Of a stretch of DNA of 35,715 nucleotides, positions 1-8,855 are shown one piece after another. The DNA lies in assembly GCA_039586795.1 (NCBI GenBank), contig JBDHJS010000060.1, positions 1-35,715 on the forward strand, in the 5' to 3' direction. The notes under the pieces are model-generated. The model did no database searches. It had not been told where the DNA came from and worked only from the letters and a program-made list of their open reading frames with translations. The first letter of the stretch is position 1, and the number at the start of each line of letters is the position of its first letter. The position numbers and the translations under genes were made by a program. Origin of the DNA: Gemmatimonadota bacterium (GTDB lineage Bacteria > Gemmatimonadota > Gemmatimonadetes > Palauibacterales > KS3-K002).

Positions 1-28
1 GTCTACCGTCTACCGTCCACTGTCCACC
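1..28. repeat. Heptamer tandem array (GTCTACC GTCTACC GTCCACT GTCCACC), probably the right arm of a palindromic element cut by the window edge
   Basis: Four 7-nt units read directly. GTCTACC and GTCCACT also form the right arm of the hairpin at 24327-24417. Confidence 0.75.
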
Positions 29-108
29 TCCAACCCCTCCATTTGCCCCGACGGACCACCCTCACCAGATTTACCCCGGCCCCCAACAGAAACGGAAAAC
101 TCCCACAC

Positions 109-1701
109 ATGCGCATATCCAAACCTCTGAGCATGTACGCGTTGCTCTCCGTCTGCCTTACGGCGGGGTGCGGAGACCGGTCAGGGGCCAGCGTTAGCCG
201 AGGCGACCTCACGCTGGTCGTGTTGGTAACGGTGGATCAGCTCCCGTCGTACCTGTACCAGCGCTACGACTCACTCTTCACAGGTGGTTTCCGACGGTTG
301 CAGGAAGAGGGCCGCTACTATCCCCGGGCCGTTCACGACTACGGCGAGACCTGGACGTCGGCAGGTCACGCCACGCTGGGGTCCGGCGTCTACCCTTCGC
401 GCCACGGCATCGTCGAGAACGACTGGTGGGAGGAGATCGACGGCGAGATGGTCAACATACAGAGCGTTGACGATCAACGTGTCGAGGTCGTAGGTCATCC
501 GAACGCGACCGGTCGCTCGCCGATGAACCTGAAGACGACGGGGTTGGCGGACTGGCTCGCAGAGGCATACCCGGAAGCCGAGGTGGTGTCGATCTCGGCC
601 AAACCGACGTCGTCGCTGCTCATGGCGGCGAAGTCGCGCGGCCAGGTGTACTACTTTGAGGAGTCGGTCGGCCGCTTTGTCACGACCTCCTACTACCGGG
701 CCGCCTACCCCGACTGGGTAAACCGTTTCAACGATGAGCGACTACCGGACTTCCTCGCGGATTCCGTCTGGGAGTCTGAGGTTCCCGAGGCGCTCGTTGG
801 GCTGGCGCGACCCGACGCTGCGGACTACGAGGGTGATCGCGTGCACACCACTTTCCCGCACCGTTACTACGAAGAGGTGCAAGACCGAGATAGGTCGGAT
901 GCCTACTACAAGTGGTGGGCTGACACGCCAGCTCTCGACATGGCCACGCTCGACTTCGCGCGCGAGGCATTGGCAGCCCTGTTTCTGGGTCAGCGCGATG
1001 CCATCGACTTTCTCGCGGTGGGCTTCTCACAGACCGACAGGGTCGGCCACAAGTACGGACCATACAGTCTGGAGCAACTGGACAACCTTATCCGCGTCGA
1101 CCGGTTGATTGGCGAGTTTCTGGATTTGCTGGACCGTGAAGTCGGCGCGGATCGCTACGTGCTGATCGTGACATCGGACCATGGATCCCCGGGAGCAGCT
1201 CCCTACCTGGTCGAGCTCGGCGAGTCGGGGAGGCACGTCACGCGCGCCGAACGACGCGCCATTCGAGCCGCGGCTGCGGAGATCACGTCTGGAGAGGGCT
1301 CGTACGAGGAGAAGCGAGCCGTATTGACCCGGATGCTGGAAGCTCTGGACTTTGTTGAGGACGCCATGACAGTAGACGAACTTGCTGGTGGTGAGCTGGC
1401 CGACTCGTTCATCGCCTTGTATCAGCGCTCGTACTATCCCGGTCGAGTCCCCGGGCCCTTCGGACGTTACGGCCTGGTGCTGCGCTACAAGCCGGGCACC
1501 AATTTCAGCTCCGATGTAGCGATGCACGGTTCGCCTTATGCGTACGATCAACAAATCCCACTGTTCGTCTTTGGCGCCGGGATAGAGCCCGAAATACGCG
1601 AAGAACTCGCGCGGTCGGTTGATGTGGCGCCAACATTGGCGGAGTTGGCTGGCATCCCGTACCCGCACGACCTGGACGGGCGTCCCCTCGTCACACGATA
1701 G
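109..1701 (+). CDS. Alkaline phosphatase family lipoprotein (PafA/PhoK-like, Thr nucleophile)
   Basis: Motifs VTVDQL, ETWTSAGHATLGSG (Thr nucleophile), GIVENDW, TDRVGHKYG, TSDHG, MHGSPY and VDVAPTLA. Signal peptide with lipobox LTAG-C. Start moved from 43 to ATG 109 to fit the signal peptide (inference). Confidence 0.88.
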   Translation: MRISKPLSMYALLSVCLTAGCGDRSGASVSRGDLTLVVLVTVDQLPSYLYQRYDSLFTGGFRRLQEEGRYYPRAVHDYGETWTSAGHATLGSGVYPSRHGIVENDWWEEIDGEMVNIQSVDDQRVEVVGHPNATGRSPMNLKTTGLADWLAEAYPEAEVVSISAKPTSSLLMAAKSRGQVYYFEESVGRFVTTSYYRAAYPDWVNRFNDERLPDFLADSVWESEVPEALVGLARPDAADYEGDRVHTTFPHRYYEEVQDRDRSDAYYKWWADTPALDMATLDFAREALAALFLGQRDAIDFLAVGFSQTDRVGHKYGPYSLEQLDNLIRVDRLIGEFLDLLDREVGADRYVLIVTSDHGSPGAAPYLVELGESGRHVTRAERRAIRAAAAEITSGEGSYEEKRAVLTRMLEALDFVEDAMTVDELAGGELADSFIALYQRSYYPGRVPGPFGRYGLVLRYKPGTNFSSDVAMHGSPYAYDQQIPLFVFGAGIEPEIREELARSVDVAPTLAELAGIPYPHDLDGRPLVTR

Positions 1702-1718
1702 AAGGAAAGGGCCAGCGC

Positions 1719-3161
1719 ATGACGAATGCCACGCGCCTCTTGATCGCAGCCGCGGGTTTCTCCGCTGTCTTCGGCGCCCCTCCGCTCGTCGCTCAAGAGA
1801 GCGGTGACGTCGCCATCGTCGGCGGTCGAGTCATCGATCCGGCCAGCGAAACCGACCGCATCCGCAACGTTCTGATCCGCGGCGATCGCATCGTCGCCAT
1901 CACGGACGCTCCGATAACGGCTGACCGAGTCATCGACGCCGCCGGCCTGGTCGTCGCTCCGGGCTTCGTCGACATACTCGCCGGGATCTCCACCAGCGCA
2001 GAGCCGCAACGCTACAAGGTGATGGACGGCGTGACGACGGTGATCAGCATGCACGGCGGGCCCGTCGACATGGAAGAGTATTTTTGGGCCTTCCGAGACG
2101 CTGGATCGCTGGTCAACTACGGCGCGACCGTGGGTCATGCGGCGATCCGCTCAGCGGCCGGTGCCGACGATCGATACGCGCCGGCGACCCGGGAGCAGAT
2201 CAGCGAGATGCGTGAGATCGCGGCCGGTGCGATAGAGGCGGGTGCGCTGGGCGTCGGTTTCGGTATCAACTACGTCCCCGGCTCCTCGTACGAAGAGGTC
2301 GTCGCGATGTTCGATGTCGCCGCCCAGCACGGTGTGCCGGCGCACGTCCACTCGCGTCACAAAGGTTCGGTCTTCCCCGGGACGATCGTCCAGTCGGTCC
2401 AGGAGCTGATCGCGGCGGCAGCGATCACCGGCGCCAGCACGCAGATCGTCCACCTGGCCTCCTCCGGTGTCGGTTCGATGGCGGCGTGTTTGGAGATGAT
2501 CGAGGGCGCGCGGCTGCATGGCATCGACATCATGGCCGATATCTATCCGTACAACGCCAACAGCACGCGGCTCGAGTCGGCGTTGTACGATCCCGGTTGG
2601 CAGGAACGGTTCGGCGGCATCACCTACGACTCGATCATGTTGGTCGAGACGGGTGAGCGGCTCAACGAAGAGACCTTCGCGCATTGGCGCGAGGAGGGCG
2701 CCACGATCATCACGTTCTTCATCCCGGAAGACGAAATGGTGATGGCGCTCGAGCATCCCCACGTGATGGTGGCGAGCGATGGCACAATTCGGAACGGTCG
2801 TGGCCACCCCCGGGGCGCCGGGACTTTTGCACGCGTGGTCGGACGCTTCGTGCGTGTGGAGGGCTATCTGACGCTGATGGATGCGCTGAGGAAAGTGACG
2901 ATCATGCCGGCGCAACGCGTCGAAAAGGCGGCGCCATCGATGCGTCAGCGCGGCCGGCTCTCAGTGGGAGCCTTCGCCGACATCACCGTCTTCGATCCCA
3001 ACACGCTGATCGACCGCGCCACATATCGCGAGCCCGCTCGGTACTCCGAAGGAGTGCACTACGTGCTGGTCAACGGTACACTGGTGGTTGACGACGGCGA
3101 ACTCGTCCCCAATGTCGCACCGGGTCGCGCGGTCCGCCACGAAGCGCACCGCGCGCGTTGA
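1719..3161 (+). CDS. Secreted amidohydrolase, N-acyl-D-amino-acid deacylase-like
   Basis: Signal peptide, then GGRVIDP, VVAPGFVD, DGVTT, HVHSR, IVHL, ASDG, HPRGAGTFARV, ADITVFDP and VLVNG. The N-terminal HxH is absent. Starts 17 nt after the phosphatase stop. Confidence 0.85.
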   Translation: MTNATRLLIAAAGFSAVFGAPPLVAQESGDVAIVGGRVIDPASETDRIRNVLIRGDRIVAITDAPITADRVIDAAGLVVAPGFVDILAGISTSAEPQRYKVMDGVTTVISMHGGPVDMEEYFWAFRDAGSLVNYGATVGHAAIRSAAGADDRYAPATREQISEMREIAAGAIEAGALGVGFGINYVPGSSYEEVVAMFDVAAQHGVPAHVHSRHKGSVFPGTIVQSVQELIAAAAITGASTQIVHLASSGVGSMAACLEMIEGARLHGIDIMADIYPYNANSTRLESALYDPGWQERFGGITYDSIMLVETGERLNEETFAHWREEGATIITFFIPEDEMVMALEHPHVMVASDGTIRNGRGHPRGAGTFARVVGRFVRVEGYLTLMDALRKVTIMPAQRVEKAAPSMRQRGRLSVGAFADITVFDPNTLIDRATYREPARYSEGVHYVLVNGTLVVDDGELVPNVAPGRAVRHEAHRAR

Positions 3162-3176
3162 CTGCGCTCGCGTCGC

Positions 3177-6100
3177 TCAGCCGTTCGACCGCGCCTCCAC
3201 TTCCTCGAGCTTGGCGGTGTCCCGTTCGAGGGCCGCTCTCAAAGCGTCGCGGCGCTGGTAATGGGTCCGTGTAGGCGGATATAGACTTCCCTGTCGTACG
3301 CCTCCGCCGTTGAACGCCCCCGCCAGACCGTAGGCCTGTTGGCGGAGACGGCGCAGCCGCTGCGCTATCGCCGTCACGGAATCGGCGTAAACCGCCAGAT
3401 CATCGCTCAGGTCTCCCGCCTGTTCAAGCAAGTCCCGTTCTGCTGTGACCCTACTCCTCAGCTCGGCCGCTCGCTGGTCCGCATCCCATGCCCGACGCTG
3501 CAGCCCCAACACCCCGAGCAGAAACTGTTCGCGCTGAATCCATGATTCCGCGCTGAGGTCCATGATCGGGTCGCCCTTCACTTGCAACGTCTGGGTCGCG
3601 GTCTGTCCACCGGCTTCGAGCGTCACCGTGAACGTGCCTGGCGCGACGAACGGACCCTGGGGAATTGTCGGTCGTGGCAACTCCGGCAGCACCTGGAACG
3701 CCGAGTTGTCGCCGCCACCCTGCTGAGCGGGCGGCGGTTCGTGACGGAGGTCCCAGTTGACTCGCTGCAACACGCCGCCGGCGCCGGGTACGCTCAGCCG
3801 ACGAACGATGGCGCCGCGATCGTTGCTGATGACCAGGCGGACCGAATCGACATCACTGCGCAAGTAATAGCTGATGATTGCTCCGTCGACAGGGTTTTCT
3901 CCCGCGAATGCCGCCTGGCCACGGTACGAGGTGTCCTTCCAGTACTGGTAGATCGTGGCGTCACGGATCGCGAACAAGTGCGCCCGAGAGTCCTCCACCG
4001 CTTCGTTCCACTCGACCAGCGGCGTGATATCATCGAGGACCCAGATGCTGCGGCCGTGGGTCCCAAGGATCAGATCGTTCTCTCGCGGGTGAATCACCAG
4101 ATCATCGTATGCCGTAATCGGCAGATTCGGCATGAACCCCATCCAGCTCTGTCCCGCATCCACCGAAACAAACAGCGATTGCTCGGTTCCCAAGAACAGT
4201 AGGTTCGGATTCTCGGGATGCTCCCGAATGACGTTGACCGAGCCCTCCGCTGGCAGGCCTTCAACAAGTGGAATCCAGTTCGCCCCGAAATCACGGGTCT
4301 TGAAGACGTAAGGCGCGAAATCGCCGTCGCGATGGGCATCGAACGTCGCGTACGCAGCGCCGGCTCCGGCTGCCGAGCTCACGACACGACTCACATACGT
4401 GCCATCGGGCAAGCCCGGGATGTTGCGCGACACTTCGCTCCACGTCGCGCCGCCATCCCGTGACACCTGTAGGTTCCCGTCGTCGCTTCCCACCCAGAGG
4501 ATCCTCGGGTCGAGCGGCGACTCGGCGATAGTCGTCAATTCACCGAACGAAGACGTGCCGTCGTTCTTCGACAGCATCGAATCGGCGCCCATCACACCCA
4601 TCAACTCCAACGTGTCCCGATCTATCTGTCGAGTCAGGTCCTCGGTCCTTTCCCAGCTGACACCGCGGTCCCGGGAGATGAACAGTCGGTTGCCGCCGAA
4701 GTAGACGACGCGAGGATCGTGCTGCGACACCAGGCTCGGCGTAACCCAGTCGAAGCGGTACGACGACTCGCCGTCTGGAGGATACGGACGCACATCCAGG
4801 TGATCCCCCGTTCGCGGGTCGAGACGTACCAAGCCACCGTTCTGTGAGTTGCCGTAGACGTATCGATGATCGCTGGGGTCCGGCTGGTGGTACATCCCAT
4901 CCCCAAAGCCGATCTGTCGCCAGTCGTCGTTGATGATTCCGATGTAGTGACGGGTGCGGCTCGGCGCCAACCACGAGTGGTTGTCCTGCATCCCACCGTA
5001 GATGTAGTAGGGGTCCCGCATGTCGACGCCGATCGCGTAGAACTGCCCGATCGGCATGTTGTTGATCTTGATATATGTCAGCCCGCGGTCCCACGACTCG
5101 TGGAGACCGGCGTCGCCGACCAAGTAGAAATGCCGCGAATCGTTGGGATCAATCCATAGCGCGTGGAAGTCGCTGTGTACGCCGACGTCGTAGGTCGGGC
5201 GCGTGGGAAGCGTCCTGAACGTGCGACCGCCGTCCTCGCTCATATAGAAAGACGTGGCAAGGGAGTACACGCGGTTCTCGTCGGTGGGATCGATATAGAC
5301 ATGACTGTAGTACATGGGCCGCTGATTGAGCGAACTAACCTTCTCCCATGACTCACCGCCGTCCTCCGATCTATAGACCCCGCGTTCCTCGGTGTGCTCG
5401 ATTATCGCGTTGAGCACTTGCGGGTTGGATTCCGCCAGCGCTAGCCCAATCCGACCGAGATCACCTGCAGGCAGGCCATTCTCCAGGCGCCGCCAGGTAT
5501 CACCTCCATCGATGGTCTTGTAGATGCCGCCCCCCGGTCCACCTCCATTGAATCCCCACGTACGACGCAATCGCTGGTACATCGCGGCGTACAGCGTGCC
5601 CGGGTTGCTGGGATCCATCGCCAGATCGACGGCGCCGGTGAGCGTATCGACGAACAGTACATGCTCCCATGTCGCTCCACCGTCCGTTGTCCGGTAGATG
5701 CCGCGCTCGCGACTCGGCTTCCACAGGTTGCCCAGCGCCGCCACGTACGCCACGTCTGGATCGTCCGGGTGCACCCGAACACGCCCGATGTGCCGGGTGT
5801 TCACCAGGCCCAAGTGCGTCCACGTTGCGCCGCCATCCGTCGATCGATAAACGCCATTCCCCCACGAAGTGCTCTGGCGGTTCTGTTGCTCACCCGTGCC
5901 CGCCCATACCACTAGCGGGTCCGACGGCGCAATCGCCAGATCGCCGAACGTGGACACGGGCTGGTCGTCGAAGATCGGCGCCCACGTCGTTCCTTTGTTC
6001 GTCGTTTTCCAAATACCACCCGATGCTGTGGCCAAGTAGATCGTCGACGGGTCGCCGGACAGCGATTCCACATCATGGATCCTACCACCGGTCACGGCGG

Positions 6101-6227
6101 GCCCGATCGACCGAAAGCGAAGCTGCGACAGTAGCTCCGGAGTCGCAGCCCGCGTCTGTGCGGAGGCGTGTAGCGGAACAAGTAGAGACGTTACAGCGAC
6201 GACCAACAGGCGAAGAGGACTCAACAT
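3177..6227 (-). CDS. Secreted VPS10/BNR (Asp-box) beta-propeller protein, putative glycosyl hydrolase
   Basis: FRSIGPAVTGGRI start of the mature region. Many Asp-boxes (RSTDGGATW, RTTDGGATW, KTIDGGDTW, RSEDGGESW, SRDRGVSW, SRDGGATW), THGRSIW and a helical C-terminus. ATG at 6227 has AGAGAGG upstream and begins a signal peptide (…ASA-Q). Confidence 0.85.
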   Translation of the reverse strand: MLSPLRLLVVAVTSLLVPLHASAQTRAATPELLSQLRFRSIGPAVTGGRIHDVESLSGDPSTIYLATASGGIWKTTNKGTTWAPIFDDQPVSTFGDLAIAPSDPLVVWAGTGEQQNRQSTSWGNGVYRSTDGGATWTHLGLVNTRHIGRVRVHPDDPDVAYVAALGNLWKPSRERGIYRTTDGGATWEHVLFVDTLTGAVDLAMDPSNPGTLYAAMYQRLRRTWGFNGGGPGGGIYKTIDGGDTWRRLENGLPAGDLGRIGLALAESNPQVLNAIIEHTEERGVYRSEDGGESWEKVSSLNQRPMYYSHVYIDPTDENRVYSLATSFYMSEDGGRTFRTLPTRPTYDVGVHSDFHALWIDPNDSRHFYLVGDAGLHESWDRGLTYIKINNMPIGQFYAIGVDMRDPYYIYGGMQDNHSWLAPSRTRHYIGIINDDWRQIGFGDGMYHQPDPSDHRYVYGNSQNGGLVRLDPRTGDHLDVRPYPPDGESSYRFDWVTPSLVSQHDPRVVYFGGNRLFISRDRGVSWERTEDLTRQIDRDTLELMGVMGADSMLSKNDGTSSFGELTTIAESPLDPRILWVGSDDGNLQVSRDGGATWSEVSRNIPGLPDGTYVSRVVSSAAGAGAAYATFDAHRDGDFAPYVFKTRDFGANWIPLVEGLPAEGSVNVIREHPENPNLLFLGTEQSLFVSVDAGQSWMGFMPNLPITAYDDLVIHPRENDLILGTHGRSIWVLDDITPLVEWNEAVEDSRAHLFAIRDATIYQYWKDTSYRGQAAFAGENPVDGAIISYYLRSDVDSVRLVISNDRGAIVRRLSVPGAGGVLQRVNWDLRHEPPPAQQGGGDNSAFQVLPELPRPTIPQGPFVAPGTFTVTLEAGGQTATQTLQVKGDPIMDLSAESWIQREQFLLGVLGLQRRAWDADQRAAELRSRVTAERDLLEQAGDLSDDLAVYADSVTAIAQRLRRLRQQAYGLAGAFNGGGVRQGSLYPPTRTHYQRRDALRAALERDTAKLEEVEARSNG

Positions 6228-6304
6228 CGGGTAAACCTCTCTGGTTTTTGGCGATTGGTGAAGATCGGGAAATACAGCCCCGACAACCTTAGGGCTGCGT
6301 GCCG

Positions 6305-6356
6305 TTGACATCAAGCGCTCGATCTCCTTGACAGGTCTGCCACGGGGAGGCATCTA
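6305..6356 (+). promoter_or_regulatory. Candidate promoter/operator in the divergent intergenic region
   Basis: Two perfect TTGACA hexamers at 6305 and 6328. The first lies in the inverted repeat TTGA-CA-TCAA. The -10 match 17 nt after the second (CATCTA) is weak. Confidence 0.3.
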
Positions 6357-6418
6357 GGCAGAACGAGTTCTACCAATCGAGCCCAGGTTCGACCCCAATT
6401 TCACCCTATGGAGGCACT

Positions 6419-7267
6419 ATGAGGCCCCTCCGCACGCTCGCTGTATGCGTCCTGACCGCCCTCGCCTTACCGACCGTTGGCCTGACGCAGGCCTTCGAGG
6501 GCAAGATCACTCAGCGCCAGATCATCGTGTCCGCCTACGGCCTTTCCGAGCTGCTGTCGACCGACGACCAAGCGGAAATCAACGCCGACGCCCTTTTTGC
6601 CGTGCCGATGGAGCAGATTCTCGCCCTCGCCGAGCGACTTGGCGACCCGGCGGCGGAGGTCACGGATCTGACGTACTACGTGACCGAGGACATGATGCGG
6701 ATCGAGAGCCCGAGCTCGATGATGCCCGGTTTCATGTTGATGGACTTCGAGTCGGGCGCCTTCCGGATGGTGATACCGTTTCAGAGGATGTACCTGGAGA
6801 TTACCAGGGAGGATGTGGAGCAGCTTCGCGAACAGTACGGTGACGAGGCCATCGATGACGAGGTTACGGCAAGCCCGGAGATCGAGGCGCTCGGCATGTC
6901 GAAGAACATTAACGGCATGCAATGCGACGGCTACAGGGTTACGCAGGGCGAGGACATCTCCCAAGTTTGGGCTTCGCCCGAACTCAAGGATGTAGTGAAC
7001 GCGTTCGCAAGTTTTGTCGAGCGCATGGAGATCTTCGCCATGGAAGGCGATGAGGAACAGGAGCTCGAGGTCTTCGAGCTACTTCGGGAACACGGCTTCC
7101 CCGTTCTCGAGCAGACGCTGCGCGCCTCCGGTTTTGAGCCGGAATACGAGATCATGGAGATGCTCACCGTCGAGCGGATGACGCCGGACCCGGAACTGTT
7201 CGTGGTGCCCGAGGACTATGAGCGCCGGTCGTTCCTCGAGATGATGGAAGGCTTTGGCGGGGGGTAG
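6419..7267 (+). CDS. Secreted DUF4412-like protein
   Basis: GGAGG RBS and signal peptide, then AFEGKIT, KNINGMQCDGYRV, QVWAS and PELFVVPEDYE, which are typical of the DUF4412/GLPGLI-like family. Confidence 0.7.
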   Translation: MRPLRTLAVCVLTALALPTVGLTQAFEGKITQRQIIVSAYGLSELLSTDDQAEINADALFAVPMEQILALAERLGDPAAEVTDLTYYVTEDMMRIESPSSMMPGFMLMDFESGAFRMVIPFQRMYLEITREDVEQLREQYGDEAIDDEVTASPEIEALGMSKNINGMQCDGYRVTQGEDISQVWASPELKDVVNAFASFVERMEIFAMEGDEEQELEVFELLREHGFPVLEQTLRASGFEPEYEIMEMLTVERMTPDPELFVVPEDYERRSFLEMMEGFGGG

Positions 7268-7268
7268 T

Positions 7269-7443
7269 CTATTTCGACAGCCGACAGCGGACAGCCGCGT
7301 ACCGACGGCCGAGGACTATTCGACTACCGACGTCCGACGCACTATGCGCGTCGGACAACGTCGCGCGACGGACGTCGGGCGTCGATCGCCCAACAGGACT
7401 CGGCCGTCGAGCGGTGGCTGACCGCTGTCGGCTGTCGAAATAG
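7269..7443. repeat. 175-bp element bounded by 45-bp imperfect inverted repeats (REP/MITE-like or structured RNA)
   Basis: 7269-7290 CTATTTCGACAGCCGACAGCGG is the exact reverse complement of 7422-7443. Pairing extends imperfectly over 7269-7313 / 7399-7443. Inner stem CCGACGTCCG (7327-7336) pairs with CGGACGTCGG (7369-7378). Confidence 0.8.
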
Positions 7444-7668
7444 TCCTTGAGCTTTGCTACACGGCCGTCCACTGCTGTCCGTCGAAAGTCCCGATCAGCG
7501 GTTGCGCGTCGATATTACACCAGCGACATTACCCGCGGCAAGAACGCTACCTGCATAGACCTCGCGTTTTCAACAGGCCCCAAGAACAACTCCGGCAACG
7601 AGTTACGATGTCAGCCGTTGCCGCAACGCCATTTGGGAAGCTGCTCGAACGCAGCTCGGAGATGAGCG

Positions 7669-8853
7669 ATGCTGAGAGGCACTCCTTTCCACTCAAGAAC
7701 GGCGCCGCTCTGCCAGGGTCATAACTGGCGGAGATGGTCCGGCTACATCGTGGCGGGTTCTTACGAACTGACCCACGAGCGCGAGTACTACGCGATCAGA
7801 AGCGCCGCCGCGCTACTCGACGTGTCCCCGCTGCAAAAGTACCTGGTGCGCGGATCGGACGCGGAGCGCTTCCTGAACCGAGTCATCACGCGTGACGTCT
7901 CCAAGTGCGATGTCGGCCAGGTGCTTTACACGCCATGGTGCGATGAAACTGGCAAGGTGATCGACGACGGAACTCTTCAGCGCCTCGGAGAAGACAGCTT
8001 CCGGTTGACCGCCGCGGAGCCAAACCTGCGCTGGTTGTGCGAGAACGCCCGCGGACTACGCGTGACGATAGACGATGAGTCGGACAACGTGGCCGCGCTG
8101 GCCCTCCAGGGGCCCTTGTCCCGCGATGTTCTCGGTGCCGTCGCAGACGACGACATCGGCGATCTCGGCTTCTTCCGACTGGCGTATACTCGGATCGCCG
8201 GTGTCCCGGTCACCGTAACACGCACCGGCTACACGGGCGACCTCGGCTATGAGATATGGCTCGAGGCTCGGCATGCGGAAGTCGTGTGGGACACGCTGAT
8301 TGATGGAGGAAAACCCTATTCGATTACGCCGACGGGAATCCTGGCACTCGATATCGCCCGCGTCGAAGCCGGCCTGATACTGATCGGCGTCGATTACATT
8401 CCGGCCAACCACGCGCTCATCGACTCGCGAAAATCATCCCCTTTCGAGTTGGGGCTCGGCTGGACGGTACGCCTCGAAAAAGACTTCGTCGGCCGCGACG
8501 TTCTGCTCGCCGAATGGAAGCGCGGCCCGGAGTGGCAGTTCGTAGGCCTCGAGCTCGACTGGGAGTCGCTCGAGAGTGTGTACGAAGAGTTCGGACTGCC
8601 GCCTCAGTTGCCCGGCGTCGCCTGGCGCACGAGCGTCCCGATCTACGCCAACGGGAAGCAGGTGGGTTACGCGACCAGCGGTTGCTGGTCACCTACTTTG
8701 AAGAAGTACATCGCGATGGCGCACGTGGCTTCGGCGCAAGGCGCGCCAGGGGCGCGCGTTGAAATGGAGGTGACGGCGGAGCACCAGCGCAAGCGCGCCA
8801 AGGCCAGGGTGGTGAAGACGCCGTTCTTCGACCCGGAAAGAAAGCGGGCCTGA
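7669..8853 (+). CDS. Aminomethyltransferase (GcvT/DmdA-like folate-binding) family protein
   Basis: LLDVSPL, GKVIDDG, LALQGP, TRTGYTGDLGYEIW, ARVEAG, SPFELGLGW, WSPTLKKYIA and PFFDP. No gcvH or gcvP nearby. Confidence 0.9.
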   Translation: MLRGTPFHSRTAPLCQGHNWRRWSGYIVAGSYELTHEREYYAIRSAAALLDVSPLQKYLVRGSDAERFLNRVITRDVSKCDVGQVLYTPWCDETGKVIDDGTLQRLGEDSFRLTAAEPNLRWLCENARGLRVTIDDESDNVAALALQGPLSRDVLGAVADDDIGDLGFFRLAYTRIAGVPVTVTRTGYTGDLGYEIWLEARHAEVVWDTLIDGGKPYSITPTGILALDIARVEAGLILIGVDYIPANHALIDSRKSSPFELGLGWTVRLEKDFVGRDVLLAEWKRGPEWQFVGLELDWESLESVYEEFGLPPQLPGVAWRTSVPIYANGKQVGYATSGCWSPTLKKYIAMAHVASAQGAPGARVEMEVTAEHQRKRAKARVVKTPFFDPERKRA

Positions 8854-8855
8854 AG

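Noticed and set aside
7269..7665. Small ORFs of 67 and 72 aa in the intergenic region
   Set aside because: No recognisable motif, and the 67-aa ORF is explained by the inverted-repeat element.
7669..8853. Calling this gene gcvT of the glycine cleavage system
   Set aside because: No gcvH/gcvP adjacent, it is coupled to flavoprotein genes instead, and I could not see glycine riboswitch motifs in 7444-7668.
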